Shown here piece after piece: positions 20,067-30,037 of a stretch of 64,000 bases of DNA. The position numbers and the translations under genes were made by a program. How positions within the stretch are numbered: the stretch's first letter is position 1; the number at the start of each line of letters is the position of its first letter. Below the pieces are notes generated by a model. It had not been told where the DNA came from, searched no databases, and saw only the letters and a program-made list of their open reading frames with translations. Source of the DNA: a bacterium (GTDB taxonomy: Bacteria; Patescibacteriota; Patescibacteriia; UBA9570); NCBI GenBank assembly GCA_030698395.1, contig JAUYKW010000001.1, positions 93,735 to 157,734 on the forward strand, given 5' to 3'.

Positions 20067-22388
20067 TTGGTGCCACATTTCCGCACATTATCTGAAATCA
20101 GCTACGAGCTAGCAGAAAGAATTCCCTTAGAAATAAAAAAAGGGCCACTTTTCTTTTTAGCACAAGACGAGAAAGAAGCTCGTCAACTTTTTGAACTTTG
20201 CAAATACTGGAACCCAACTTTTCCCTCTGGAGTAATCATTTCATCCTACTATCAACAATATAATAAACTAACAGAAAAAGATTATAAAAATTCCACGATA
20301 TCTTTTGACTCCAAAAATAACATGCAAATTAGTACTCTTGCTGCCAAACTGGTTAAACTAGGTTTCGAGCGCTATCCTAGGGCAGTTGGAGAAAGATCAT
20401 TCGCCGTTAGGGGTAATATATTAGATATTGTAGATAGAAAACCTATCAGAATTGAATTTGATGATAATAAAATAAGCCAGCTAGCGCAGTTCAATCCATC
20501 AACACAAAGAACTGGGGGAAAAGTTGATAATGTAACAATTTATCCAACAGCATATGCGAGCCATATTCCTACTTGGCACGAACATGACCTAACTTATGAA
20601 TTTATTACGCCAAAGTATTATCACAAAAGATTCAATCTCCTAAAAAAAGATGCCGAAGAATTTATTAAAGTAAAAGTTGCTACGAATCATCCTCATAAAG
20701 TAAGAGGGATGATTAAGAATGCCGAAACTACAGATCCCCTAAAGAATCTAGAGGGTTTCATCATTCCTCAAGAACATTTTATTTTTTTAACAGATGATCA
20801 TATTTTTGGTCGTGAAGATGATTTAGAAGAGTTTAAATCGGAATTAGATATTGAAGATTTAGATCCAGGAGATTATGTAGTACACATAGATCATGGTATA
20901 GCATTATTTAATGGCATGTCAGTTGTAGGAAAAGATGATTATCTAGAATTGCACTACGCAAATAATGATAAATTATATGTACCAGTTAATAAAACAAACC
21001 GTATAGAAAAATATGTTGGTGCAGATAACCCAAAATTAACCAGACTATCTGGAGCTCAATGGGAATCAGTTATTCATAAAGTAAAAGAGGATATTATTAA
21101 AACTGCCAAAGAATTACTGGACATGAATGCCCAAAGAAAAATTGTTCATGCAACGGCCATACCAAGAAATTTATCCAGCGAAGAAGAATCCATTGCTCAC
21201 GATGTTGATTTTGAATTAACACCAGATCAGCTACAAGCGATCGAAGATATTATGCAAGATTTAACTGAAGATCAAGCAATGAATAGATTATTATGTGGTG
21301 ATGTAGGCTTTGGTAAAACAGAAGTTGCTCTGCGAGCGGCCGTGCATGTAGTTGAACAAGGTGGGCAAGTTGCATTTATGGCTCCTACTACTATACTCGC
21401 ACAACAACATTACGAAACTTTCCAAAAACGTCTCGAACAATACGGTATTGAAGTTGGTCTGTTATCCCGCTTAACTACAACTAAAGAACAACGCGATCTT
21501 ATTACCAAATTAGGTGAAAAAAAGATTGATATTGTTATTGGTACTCACCGCCTATTATCAAATGATATTAATATTCCAAAATTACAATTGATAGTTGTTG
21601 ATGAAGAGCAAAGATTTGGTGTGAAACATAAAGAAAAATTTAAAAATCTTCGTGCTTCTGCTCACGTGTTAACCATGACAGCAACTCCAATTCCCCGGAC
21701 ATTGAATTTAGCACTTTCCGGATTACAAGAAATATCGGTACTTAACACCGCACCAAAACAACGTCAATCAATCACCACCATCATTGAAGAATTTTCTTCC
21801 GATTTAGAACTTAGAGCAATTCAAGAAGAATTAAGTCGCGACGGTCAAATTTATTTGGTACACAACAACCTCAGTACAATATACTCCAGACATAACTTTA
21901 TCCAACGCAACTTTCCGCATATTAGAGCAGAAATCGCACATGGTCAGATGGAAGCTGGAAAATTAATCAGAATCATGCAAGATTTTCATGCCGGAAATAT
22001 CGATGTTCTAATAGCTTCCACCATCATAGAAAATGGTTTAGATATTGCTAATGCAAATACAATAATTATTGAAAACTCAGAACGTTTTGGTTTGGCTCAG
22101 CTTTATCAATTAAGAGGTAGAATTGGACGTAGCTCCACTAAGGCATACGCTTACCTATTGTATAAATCAAATAAGTTAACGCCCCAAGCAAAGAAACGAC
22201 TCAAGGCTCTACAATCAATTAAAGAGCTAGGTGGAGGATTTGAGCTAGCAATGAAAGACCTAGAAATTAGAGGAGTTGGAGATATATTGGGGAAAAAACA
22301 ACATGGACATGTTCAACAAATTGGTTTGAATATGTATTCAAGATTACTCCAACACGCTATTGAAGAACTAAAACAAGTTAACAACTAA
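20067..22388 (+). CDS. mfd: Transcription-repair coupling factor, shortened
   Basis: GDYVVHIDHGI (RID), RLLCGDVGFGKTEVA, DEEQRFGV, TATPIPRTL, LYQLRGRIGR, DLEIRGVGDILG; ends shortly after the TRG motif. Confidence 0.93.
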   Translation: MVPHFRTLSEISYELAERIPLEIKKGPLFFLAQDEKEARQLFELCKYWNPTFPSGVIISSYYQQYNKLTEKDYKNSTISFDSKNNMQISTLAAKLVKLGFERYPRAVGERSFAVRGNILDIVDRKPIRIEFDDNKISQLAQFNPSTQRTGGKVDNVTIYPTAYASHIPTWHEHDLTYEFITPKYYHKRFNLLKKDAEEFIKVKVATNHPHKVRGMIKNAETTDPLKNLEGFIIPQEHFIFLTDDHIFGREDDLEEFKSELDIEDLDPGDYVVHIDHGIALFNGMSVVGKDDYLELHYANNDKLYVPVNKTNRIEKYVGADNPKLTRLSGAQWESVIHKVKEDIIKTAKELLDMNAQRKIVHATAIPRNLSSEEESIAHDVDFELTPDQLQAIEDIMQDLTEDQAMNRLLCGDVGFGKTEVALRAAVHVVEQGGQVAFMAPTTILAQQHYETFQKRLEQYGIEVGLLSRLTTTKEQRDLITKLGEKKIDIVIGTHRLLSNDINIPKLQLIVVDEEQRFGVKHKEKFKNLRASAHVLTMTATPIPRTLNLALSGLQEISVLNTAPKQRQSITTIIEEFSSDLELRAIQEELSRDGQIYLVHNNLSTIYSRHNFIQRNFPHIRAEIAHGQMEAGKLIRIMQDFHAGNIDVLIASTIIENGLDIANANTIIIENSERFGLAQLYQLRGRIGRSSTKAYAYLLYKSNKLTPQAKKRLKALQSIKELGGGFELAMKDLEIRGVGDILGKKQHGHVQQIGLNMYSRLLQHAIEELKQVNN

Positions 22389-23548
22389 TTAGAAAGTTGA
22401 TCTCCAACTTTTGTTACTTTTCCAACAGTAAACTCATCCAAGAATATTTTAAAAGTTGTTACCACACTATCACCAGAATTAACTGTTTCAGCAACGTTAT
22501 ACACCAGTAATAATTTATCATCTGTATAAGAAATATTTACGAATGCTGCTGAATTTGTATTTGTGAATAGTGGAAATCCCTTACTCAGATCATCCGCGAG
22601 CATCCATATCTGAGATTTTTTTTCTATGTTACTCAGTGTATCAAAGTTATTATTACTAGACACGAATATTAAATAATCTTCAAACCGGAAAAAATTCGTA
22701 ATCATTGATTTGCTCAATTCATTTACCATGGAATATTTATCTCCAGAAACAACATCGTCTAAAATTTTTGAAAAAATTATATTCTCTTCTAATTCACTTA
22801 TCACAACAATACCAGTTTTATCAACATAAACATCAATCACCATACCAATATCCGTTAACTCCTCCTGACGCTTTAATAATCCCTGTTCTGTATATTGGTA
22901 AAAGTTACTTGTAGCATCATCATCGCTTATTACTAAATAAGTTTCACCCTTATCTACACCAATACTGAAATTATCAGTTAAAGCTAACTGATTCCCAATT
23001 AAGACTTCGTTCGATAATGTAAAATCATTAGAATACACTTGCATTGTTAATTGGTCTGATTTACTCAAAAATAAATATAGTTTATCTTGTTGTTGAATTA
23101 ACTTCGGTAAATTTGTATATATTGCATCCTCTTCAAATTCCGCCAATACTATTGGATCATCAATTGATTTAAAATCAAAATCTAGCTTCTGCACGAAATA
23201 GCTATTCTCTTTAACATATCCTAAAATATAAAAATCATTATAAATCAACAAAGTCGGATGCAATCCCGTACCAAGATCAATATTCTGAGTTAAATTTAAT
23301 ATCTCGCTCTTCTCCTGCTGATATTCAATTTTATATTCACCCATTTCTGCAATATCAACATTTTCAACTTCAGTGGCTACACCAGGATCAGATGCAAGTT
23401 CAGGAAAATCCGGTATTTCTTGAACCGTAGATACTACAGCAACTGGCGGAGTTAGCCAATAATATATTCTAATCCCAAGAGAGGCTAAAATAATAATAAC
23501 AAAAAAAGTAACTGCGATTAAAGATTTTTGTTCGCTTGATTTTTTCAT
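22385..23548 (-). CDS. Hypothetical protein with N-terminal membrane anchor (possible beta-propeller)
   Basis: 387-aa ORF, TM at N-terminus, beta-rich acidic body. Confidence 0.7.
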   Translation of the reverse strand: MKKSSEQKSLIAVTFFVIIILASLGIRIYYWLTPPVAVVSTVQEIPDFPELASDPGVATEVENVDIAEMGEYKIEYQQEKSEILNLTQNIDLGTGLHPTLLIYNDFYILGYVKENSYFVQKLDFDFKSIDDPIVLAEFEEDAIYTNLPKLIQQQDKLYLFLSKSDQLTMQVYSNDFTLSNEVLIGNQLALTDNFSIGVDKGETYLVISDDDATSNFYQYTEQGLLKRQEELTDIGMVIDVYVDKTGIVVISELEENIIFSKILDDVVSGDKYSMVNELSKSMITNFFRFEDYLIFVSSNNNFDTLSNIEKKSQIWMLADDLSKGFPLFTNTNSAAFVNISYTDDKLLLVYNVAETVNSGDSVVTTFKIFLDEFTVGKVTKVGDQLSN

Positions 23549-24039
23549 GAAATTAACTTTTCAAATGCTGAAAATAAATCATCATCCAGTGCATATAAAT
23601 GTACTTCCACTAATTGATTATCTACCATGTACATTTGAATTGTTTCTATCATTATTTTCGCAGCCACCTCAACATTAACATCGCCGATACCTGTACCCAT
23701 TCCTGGAAATGCAACAGAATTATATCCTGCCTCATCGGCAGCGCGTAAGGCAGCAACTGTAGCTAACTCCACTTGCTTTGCTGGAATTGGTTCTGCAGGA
23801 TGCTCCATTGTAGGTGCATGAATGATTCCCTTAAAAGGCAACTCTCCAGCAGTAGTAATGTATGCAGCGCCCACTGCACATGGTTGATGGGATACGGCCT
23901 CTTTTTCTATCTCTACACCGCCAGCTGTTTTAATAGCCGCAGCAACACCGCCACCCATCACTCCTTGGCTATTAGCAGGATTAACTATTGCATCAGTTGT
24001 TGCATTTAAAATGTTTTCTTTATGTAATTCAATTTTCAT
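23545..24039 (-). CDS. Macro domain protein (ADP-ribose binding/hydrolase)
   Basis: DAIVNPANS..MGGGVAAAI, IIHAPTM, SVAFPGMGTGIG; likely start ATG 24039. Confidence 0.95.
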   Translation of the reverse strand: MKIELHKENILNATTDAIVNPANSQGVMGGGVAAAIKTAGGVEIEKEAVSHQPCAVGAAYITTAGELPFKGIIHAPTMEHPAEPIPAKQVELATVAALRAADEAGYNSVAFPGMGTGIGDVNVEVAAKIMIETIQMYMVDNQLVEVHLYALDDDLFSAFEKLIS

Positions 24040-24877
24040 ATCTTTGAGTATAAAATACTTTATCAACTGAATCAAACTTCTCTGCGCTAGAAACTCTAGT
24101 TATCCATGTAATTTTATCAAGCTGATAAATATCAAACCAACTATGATATGCAGACATTGATATCTCATCCCCTTGCGCAGACTCTTGAATATTTAAAATA
24201 TCAATGTAATCTGCTATACCAGTTTCAAATTGCGGGCCCCAAAATGCGATACTCTCTGATGTGAGTCCAGCTATACCACCGTTTAAAACATAGGCATCTG
24301 CATTCGCCTCCTTAATTGCTTGATAACTTACTTCCAACAATTTTGTATACTCTTCTGGAGTTCCAATAAACCTAGCTAACGGTGGCTGTTGCAATGATGG
24401 TGAATCAGTAATCTCCCAATAATGTATATCATCTGTATACCGCTCAACTAATTCATGTAAAAAGTTTTTATATAGCCCCTCATCACATGGAGAGTATGGA
24501 GATTGTCCAATTTCTGAAAATACAGCTGGTACCACAAAATTAGAACTATGACACTTAACTTGATCCCACTCTGCATAGGGCCAAATTATTCCCACTAACT
24601 CAATATTTTCTCTTTTAGCATCTGCAACTAACTTATCTATTTCTTCCCAATGCCAATCTGCAGGTAAATCATCTGAATTAGTTTGAATCGCTCCCCATCG
24701 AAACGGACCAGGAAAAACTATTGCCCAGTTAACATCATTCGGTAGCACTGCTAAATCAGTTGTCTCTAACAAAGTAATACCGTAATAATCATCACTTGTT
24801 GAATCATTAAGAATATCGATATTGCTACAACCCGAGAGAGCAATACCGAAACATAAGATTAACAATGATCGCTTCAT
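24029..24877 (-). CDS. Lipoprotein with clan GH-A-like glycoside hydrolase fold, possibly inactive
   Basis: Lipobox IALSGC; W...D..V, LVERY...I.YWEI, AIKEANADAYVLNGG. The usual NEP reads TDSP and the usual WITE reads WITR. Confidence 0.65.
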   Translation of the reverse strand: MKRSLLILCFGIALSGCSNIDILNDSTSDDYYGITLLETTDLAVLPNDVNWAIVFPGPFRWGAIQTNSDDLPADWHWEEIDKLVADAKRENIELVGIIWPYAEWDQVKCHSSNFVVPAVFSEIGQSPYSPCDEGLYKNFLHELVERYTDDIHYWEITDSPSLQQPPLARFIGTPEEYTKLLEVSYQAIKEANADAYVLNGGIAGLTSESIAFWGPQFETGIADYIDILNIQESAQGDEISMSAYHSWFDIYQLDKITWITRVSSAEKFDSVDKVFYTQRYEN

Positions 24878-24878
24878 T

Positions 24879-25880
24879 TTATTGCACGGTAATCGTGCCA
24901 GAAAAAGTATCCGATCTAGTTGGATCTTGATAGGGATAAATTCCCGCAGAGGTGAAAACCTTAGTAAAGGAATCACCAAATGTTAATGGTTGACTAGTCC
25001 AAGAGGTATCAGCTGCAGCGATGACGTGACCAGCTATTTCGTCTTTATTTGTCCATTTAACATAATCATTTACTGCAATAGTTATATCTCCCCCGCTAAA
25101 CCCACTGCTCGTTATATTAATAGTATAAATTATCGGATTTGGTATATGCTCCTCTATATAATCAGGGTCTGTAATATCTGGCGTACCATCATTATCATCA
25201 TCAAACTGTTGTCCTACAACTTCGTCCACGTCATTGATTCCATCACCATCGTCATCTGGATCGGTACTATCTGGAATACCATCATTGTCATGATCAAACG
25301 GATAATCATCATTCACGTCCGAAATTAAATCATTATCATCGTCATCATCCAAATGATCATCTATACCATCATTATCATGATCAAATGGATAAGTATCGTC
25401 TACGTCTAAGATACCATCATTATCATCATCGGTATCTTCGCTATCGTTAATTAGATCATCATCTCTATCTTTATCCTCGAAAGTATAAGCTTTTTTCCGC
25501 CATAAGGATTTCCTACTAGTGTTGGTTTTTAATGCCCTAACTCTAACTGAATACGATTCGTTATGTGTTAATTTTGAATCTTTAAACTTTATGTATGTTC
25601 TTTTTGTTTTTTTTGCTACCAAAACTGTATTACCCTGCTTCACTTTCACGGCAAATTTTCGCGCTCGCTTAGTTTTGTTCCAACTTACTCTAATTTTTTG
25701 AGTAGTTACATTCTGATTTATTTTAACACCCTTTACTCTGCCCAATCTTGGCAGAGTAGATATCTCTCGTATTGTATCATCAACAGCATATGTAGGCTGA
25801 GGATTAGCATTTAGAAAACCAACCAGCAATAACACTGCACAAATTGATAATATAGTTTTAAAGCTGAAATTGACCTTCAT
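24879..25880 (-). CDS. Secreted protein: basic FN3-like domain, TSP3-like Ca-binding repeats, C-terminal cupredoxin-like domain
   Basis: YSVRVRA; DDDNDGILDVDD.YPFDHDNDG repeats; ITIAVNDYVKWTN.D...H...G.Y.Y.D....F.GTITV. Confidence 0.75.
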   Translation of the reverse strand: MKVNFSFKTILSICAVLLLVGFLNANPQPTYAVDDTIREISTLPRLGRVKGVKINQNVTTQKIRVSWNKTKRARKFAVKVKQGNTVLVAKKTKRTYIKFKDSKLTHNESYSVRVRALKTNTSRKSLWRKKAYTFEDKDRDDDLINDSEDTDDDNDGILDVDDTYPFDHDNDGIDDHLDDDDDNDLISDVNDDYPFDHDNDGIPDSTDPDDDGDGINDVDEVVGQQFDDDNDGTPDITDPDYIEEHIPNPIIYTINITSSGFSGGDITIAVNDYVKWTNKDEIAGHVIAAADTSWTSQPLTFGDSFTKVFTSAGIYPYQDPTRSDTFSGTITVQ

Positions 25881-25897
25881 ATGTTAATTCTATTTAT

Positions 25898-28800
25898 CTA
25901 CTTAAGCGTAATCTTAAGCGGTGGAACTCTTTTATTCAATAGACTTTCTATTGTAACTTGGCTGTTAACGATGTATCCATATTCATCACCTGGCTCCAAC
26001 ACGCGTGTAGACTTACCATTTATGCGCAATACATATAATGGTTTATCTTCATTCGCAATAACTATACATGTACCAGCAGTTACTGATAATTCATTTGGCA
26101 CAAAACGTAATTGGCGCAACACAACTCTAACTGATTCATTACCTACACATGCTTTAGTTTCTTCAACAAATTCAGTTTCTGGAACTTCCGTAGATTCATT
26201 CTTTGTAGTTTCACTAGTTGAAATATTTCCTTCTGCTGTAGTCCCTTCAGTTTCAGCAACTGGTTCTTCTGGAGTAATTCCTTCATTTAATAATTGATCT
26301 CTAAGATCTTTATTCTCCTTTTCTAAATCCTCATTTTTTTGCTCTAAATCCTGAACTAATTCACGCAAAACTACAATTTCTTCAACGGCTTTATCTAACT
26401 CCTCTCCCAAACTTATTACTTGCTCATTTACTTCCTCTAGTTCTTCTGATGAAGCTTCTGATGTGTCAGATGTTATTTCTTCTTCTACAACTGAAGTAAC
26501 ATCAGACTCTGGCTGAACATCCTCCTCAACTATTGGTTCTGCAATTACTTGTTCATCCTCTGATTGATCCAATTGTTCGGCTAAATCGGCTGCTGCCGCT
26601 GGATCAGTTTCCTGAATATCTTCTACGATAGCATCTTGTGTTTCATTTACCTGTTCTTGAACTTGATCAATAGCATCATCTACAGATATATCAGCAACAT
26701 TACCTTGGATTGTTTCCAAAATATCCTGTTGTTCCTCTAAGTCCTCAGCTACTGCTACTGCAACATCAGTAGATAAATCGGCTACTACCTCATCAATTGC
26801 ATCCAAATAAGCTTGAAATTGATCAAGCGCCTCATTTACATAAGCGTCTGCACCTGCTTCTAAAGGCTGTCCTGCATCTGGCTCTTCAATTGCTTGTTCC
26901 TCTGCAATTGGTTCATTATCTTGACCATCTGGTATGCCGTCACCATCTGTATCCACTAAATTTGGATCAGACCCTAGTTCGTTTTCCACGCCATCACTTA
27001 ATCCATCGTTATCACTATCAACAGCAGTAGGGTCTGTTTCGTTTTGTTGTTCATCTACATCAGATACTCCATCACCATCTGTATCTGTTGCTAATTGTGT
27101 TTGCTCTTCTGTGGTATTTGGTTGTGCATCTTGATCATCTAAAATTCCATCGTCATCCGTGTCGGAGTTATTCGGATCTGTACCACTGATATTTTCTGTA
27201 CCATCGGATAAACCATCAGCATCCGAATCTGGATCTTCTGGATCGGTACCTAAATCTGCTTCATACTGATCCGAAAGACCATCCTCATCAGTATCAACTT
27301 GATCACTTGCTACAGATGTATCATCTAATGGATCTGTGCCGCTATTTTGTTCCACACCATCTTCCACTCCATCACCATCAGTATCTGCACTTTCAGGATC
27401 TGTTCCATTCGCTTCTTCTTGGTTGTTAGGAACTCCATCCTGATCACCATCTGCAGCAACAGTCGTTCCTGGTGTTGCATCTTCATCATCAGTAATTCCA
27501 TCATTATCCGTATCATCTGAGTTTGGATCTGTTCCCTGATATTCCTCAACTGCATCTGTTAATCCATCTTCGTCAGTATCCTGATTCATGTCAACTGCAT
27601 CTGTTAATCCATCTTCTGTTATGTCTAGTGGCTCATTATCATCAGTAGCCGTAATCTTCTGATCATCAAGCACAACCTGATTATCAGGCACAGTTAGTTC
27701 AACTTGCTCGTCAGGAGTTGATGTATCAACCGCAACTTCTTCAACACAGGCAACCATGATGTTTTTCGCATTTCTAGTTATACTGCTAGTACAATCCCAT
27801 AACGAGGTTGGAATATCTAAAGCAAAAGATGTTGCTGACATAAATTTAGGAACAGCCACTTTATCAATCCGCTGTTTTGCCGGATTATATAAACCCACCA
27901 AAGCACCAGTTCTTGGTACAGTTAATCCGCTAACCTTTCCTGGCATAACCAAATATTCACCAGCTTTCAAAACTGGTACACTGCTAGCAATAACAAATCT
28001 ACTAGAAACACCGCCTGCAAGAACTTCTAATCCATATCCCTGAAGAGGAATATCTAGTTTGGTTGGATTATGCAATTCTATCCAAGCAGGAGTTACTTCA
28101 GTTATAATTATTGTTTCCTCCTCAACGGTTGTATTATCAACTGGTATTGATCTATCTTCATTATTATCAACTGGTATTGATCTATCTTCATACTCATTAG
28201 CCATGGCTTCTGCTTCTGCTAACTTTTCCGCTGCATATTGTGCTGCTAACTCCGCTTTTTTATCTGCATCAAATGTAAGTGCCAATCTTGTCCTCTCAGC
28301 AAAAGTATCTAAAAAATAAATAGGACTATCAGGTGTTAGCCCTGGATCTACCGTTGATGTAGTAGTAGTCGTCTCTGTTTGAGTTGTGTTTGTATTGGAA
28401 GTTGTAGTTGTTTCTTCTACTGGTTCTTCGGTAGTGTCAACCGTCGTTTCGTCAATACCATCATCAGCTGTATCTGCTGTACAATCCTGGATTACATTAG
28501 TTAAATTTTCTGTTTCAACAGATGTACATTGCCAAACTGCACTTTCATATGCCCACGATTCACTAACTTGAACTGATTCATAAAACACGGAATCTACTAA
28601 CCTACCATTTTCGTCTAATAATTGAATAAGCTCTGCCGAATCAACTTGACCCTCAATATAATAATCACCTACTCCCATAACACCAGTTAAGCCATAAGTT
28701 CCAGCGGACCAAACAATTCTCCAATCGTTAACATCAATCGCTTCTCCACTAACATTAACCAACTCAGTAAATGATGCATTAAACTCGTTAAATATAATTT

Positions 28801-29035
28801 TGCCAGTATTATCCTCTGGGCCGGATGTTGTAACTGTTGGTGTATCCGTTGTAACTGTTGGTGTATCACCTAAACTAGTAAAACCAGTGTTCAAATTGGT
28901 ATTTCTAGTAGTAAAGCCACCGGCATCTGTACTAAGTGCGTATACCGCTTGAAATCCTACAGCTGATACAAGTACTGCACCGCATATCAAAGCTATGGAT
29001 TTTACTAAACTAGATATCGATTTGGGCATGATCAT
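25898..29035 (-). CDS. Large secreted acidic protein: lamin-tail-like domains, DUF5667-like segment, many TSP3-like repeats, coiled coil, cupredoxin-like C-terminus
   Basis: IIFNEF...FTELVN and IIITEV...WIELHN; PGLTPDSPIYFLDTFAE; more than 10 DTD.DG..D..E...GTDP repeats. Confidence 0.75.
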   Translation of the reverse strand: MIMPKSISSLVKSIALICGAVLVSAVGFQAVYALSTDAGGFTTRNTNLNTGFTSLGDTPTVTTDTPTVTTSGPEDNTGKIIFNEFNASFTELVNVSGEAIDVNDWRIVWSAGTYGLTGVMGVGDYYIEGQVDSAELIQLLDENGRLVDSVFYESVQVSESWAYESAVWQCTSVETENLTNVIQDCTADTADDGIDETTVDTTEEPVEETTTTSNTNTTQTETTTTTSTVDPGLTPDSPIYFLDTFAERTRLALTFDADKKAELAAQYAAEKLAEAEAMANEYEDRSIPVDNNEDRSIPVDNTTVEEETIIITEVTPAWIELHNPTKLDIPLQGYGLEVLAGGVSSRFVIASSVPVLKAGEYLVMPGKVSGLTVPRTGALVGLYNPAKQRIDKVAVPKFMSATSFALDIPTSLWDCTSSITRNAKNIMVACVEEVAVDTSTPDEQVELTVPDNQVVLDDQKITATDDNEPLDITEDGLTDAVDMNQDTDEDGLTDAVEEYQGTDPNSDDTDNDGITDDEDATPGTTVAADGDQDGVPNNQEEANGTDPESADTDGDGVEDGVEQNSGTDPLDDTSVASDQVDTDEDGLSDQYEADLGTDPEDPDSDADGLSDGTENISGTDPNNSDTDDDGILDDQDAQPNTTEEQTQLATDTDGDGVSDVDEQQNETDPTAVDSDNDGLSDGVENELGSDPNLVDTDGDGIPDGQDNEPIAEEQAIEEPDAGQPLEAGADAYVNEALDQFQAYLDAIDEVVADLSTDVAVAVAEDLEEQQDILETIQGNVADISVDDAIDQVQEQVNETQDAIVEDIQETDPAAAADLAEQLDQSEDEQVIAEPIVEEDVQPESDVTSVVEEEITSDTSEASSEELEEVNEQVISLGEELDKAVEEIVVLRELVQDLEQKNEDLEKENKDLRDQLLNEGITPEEPVAETEGTTAEGNISTSETTKNESTEVPETEFVEETKACVGNESVRVVLRQLRFVPNELSVTAGTCIVIANEDKPLYVLRINGKSTRVLEPGDEYGYIVNSQVTIESLLNKRVPPLKITLK
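28132..28191. repeat. Exact in-frame 2 x 30-nt tandem duplication (EDRSIPVDN)
   Basis: tattatcaactggtattgatctatcttcat occurs twice in tandem. Confidence 0.95.
28827..28867. repeat. In-frame 21-nt tandem duplication (DTPTVTT)
   Basis: gttgtaactgttggtgtatc(c) x2. Confidence 0.9.
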
Positions 29036-29036
29036 A

Positions 29037-29906
29037 TTATTTTTTTGTTAAGTTAACTATATGAGGGTAAGGTATGATTATTTTTTCTTTATCAAATGCT
29101 ATTTTAATCCGTTTCCGTAATTCTCTTTGCACACTCCATTGATGATCGGCTTCTACTTTACCATGCAACCTAATTTTGATTGCAGAGTCAGCTAAATCAT
29201 CAACACCTAATACTGTTGGTTGCGTTTGAATATAAACTTTCCATTCATCATCGTTTGCTAATTCTTCAGCAACCAAATTTAATACATTTGTTACATGATC
29301 GATATTACTATCATAATCTACAGAGATACTTAAATTTACATTTGCCCAATCCTTTGTATAGTTAACTACATTTTTTATTTCTCCATTAGGCACATGATGT
29401 TCAGCACCACTCATATCTCTTAGTACCGTTCTGCGTAAAGATATATCAACCACTTTTCCTTTAGCCTCACCAAGCTTTACCACATCCCCTTTTACATATT
29501 GATTCTCTATCAAAATAAATATTCCAGATAAAAAATCTTTCACTAAGGATTGCGCACCAAAACCAAGGGCAACTCCCATCACACCAGCTCCAGCAAGAAT
29601 TGGACCAATGTTCACCTGTAATTCAGATAAAATTGTAGTACCGGTTATTAAAACCATAACCCAAAGACCAATCTTGTTAATAATCATGCTGAGAGTATCT
29701 ATTCTTTGAATATCATCTTTAGATAGCCCTACATCATGATTAAATGATAAGGCTGTTTTTCTCTTAGTCAATGCAACGCCAATTGCGCGACGACCAAATT
29801 TTTCTATCGCCCAATAAACCAAAAGTGCAAATGCTAATATTAACACCAACCTAAATATCAAAATTTGATTTTCTAATATCCAACTAATAAAACCTTCTTT
29901 CGTCAT
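29037..29906 (-). CDS. Small-conductance mechanosensitive channel (MscS family)
   Basis: LAGAGVMGVALGFGAQSLVKDFLSGIFILIENQY..GD, PNGEI..V.N, I.IPYP. Confidence 0.95.
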   Translation of the reverse strand: MTKEGFISWILENQILIFRLVLILAFALLVYWAIEKFGRRAIGVALTKRKTALSFNHDVGLSKDDIQRIDTLSMIINKIGLWVMVLITGTTILSELQVNIGPILAGAGVMGVALGFGAQSLVKDFLSGIFILIENQYVKGDVVKLGEAKGKVVDISLRRTVLRDMSGAEHHVPNGEIKNVVNYTKDWANVNLSISVDYDSNIDHVTNVLNLVAEELANDDEWKVYIQTQPTVLGVDDLADSAIKIRLHGKVEADHQWSVQRELRKRIKIAFDKEKIIIPYPHIVNLTKK

Positions 29907-30037
29907 ATGACTGTAATGTAATATCTATATCTAAGATCCTCCTTTATTTTCACATCATTATTATAACAAAAAAAGTACTAATAGTGAAGATAACTATCCT
30001 ATCACTTCAATAATTAAAAATACTACCTACTAAGAAG

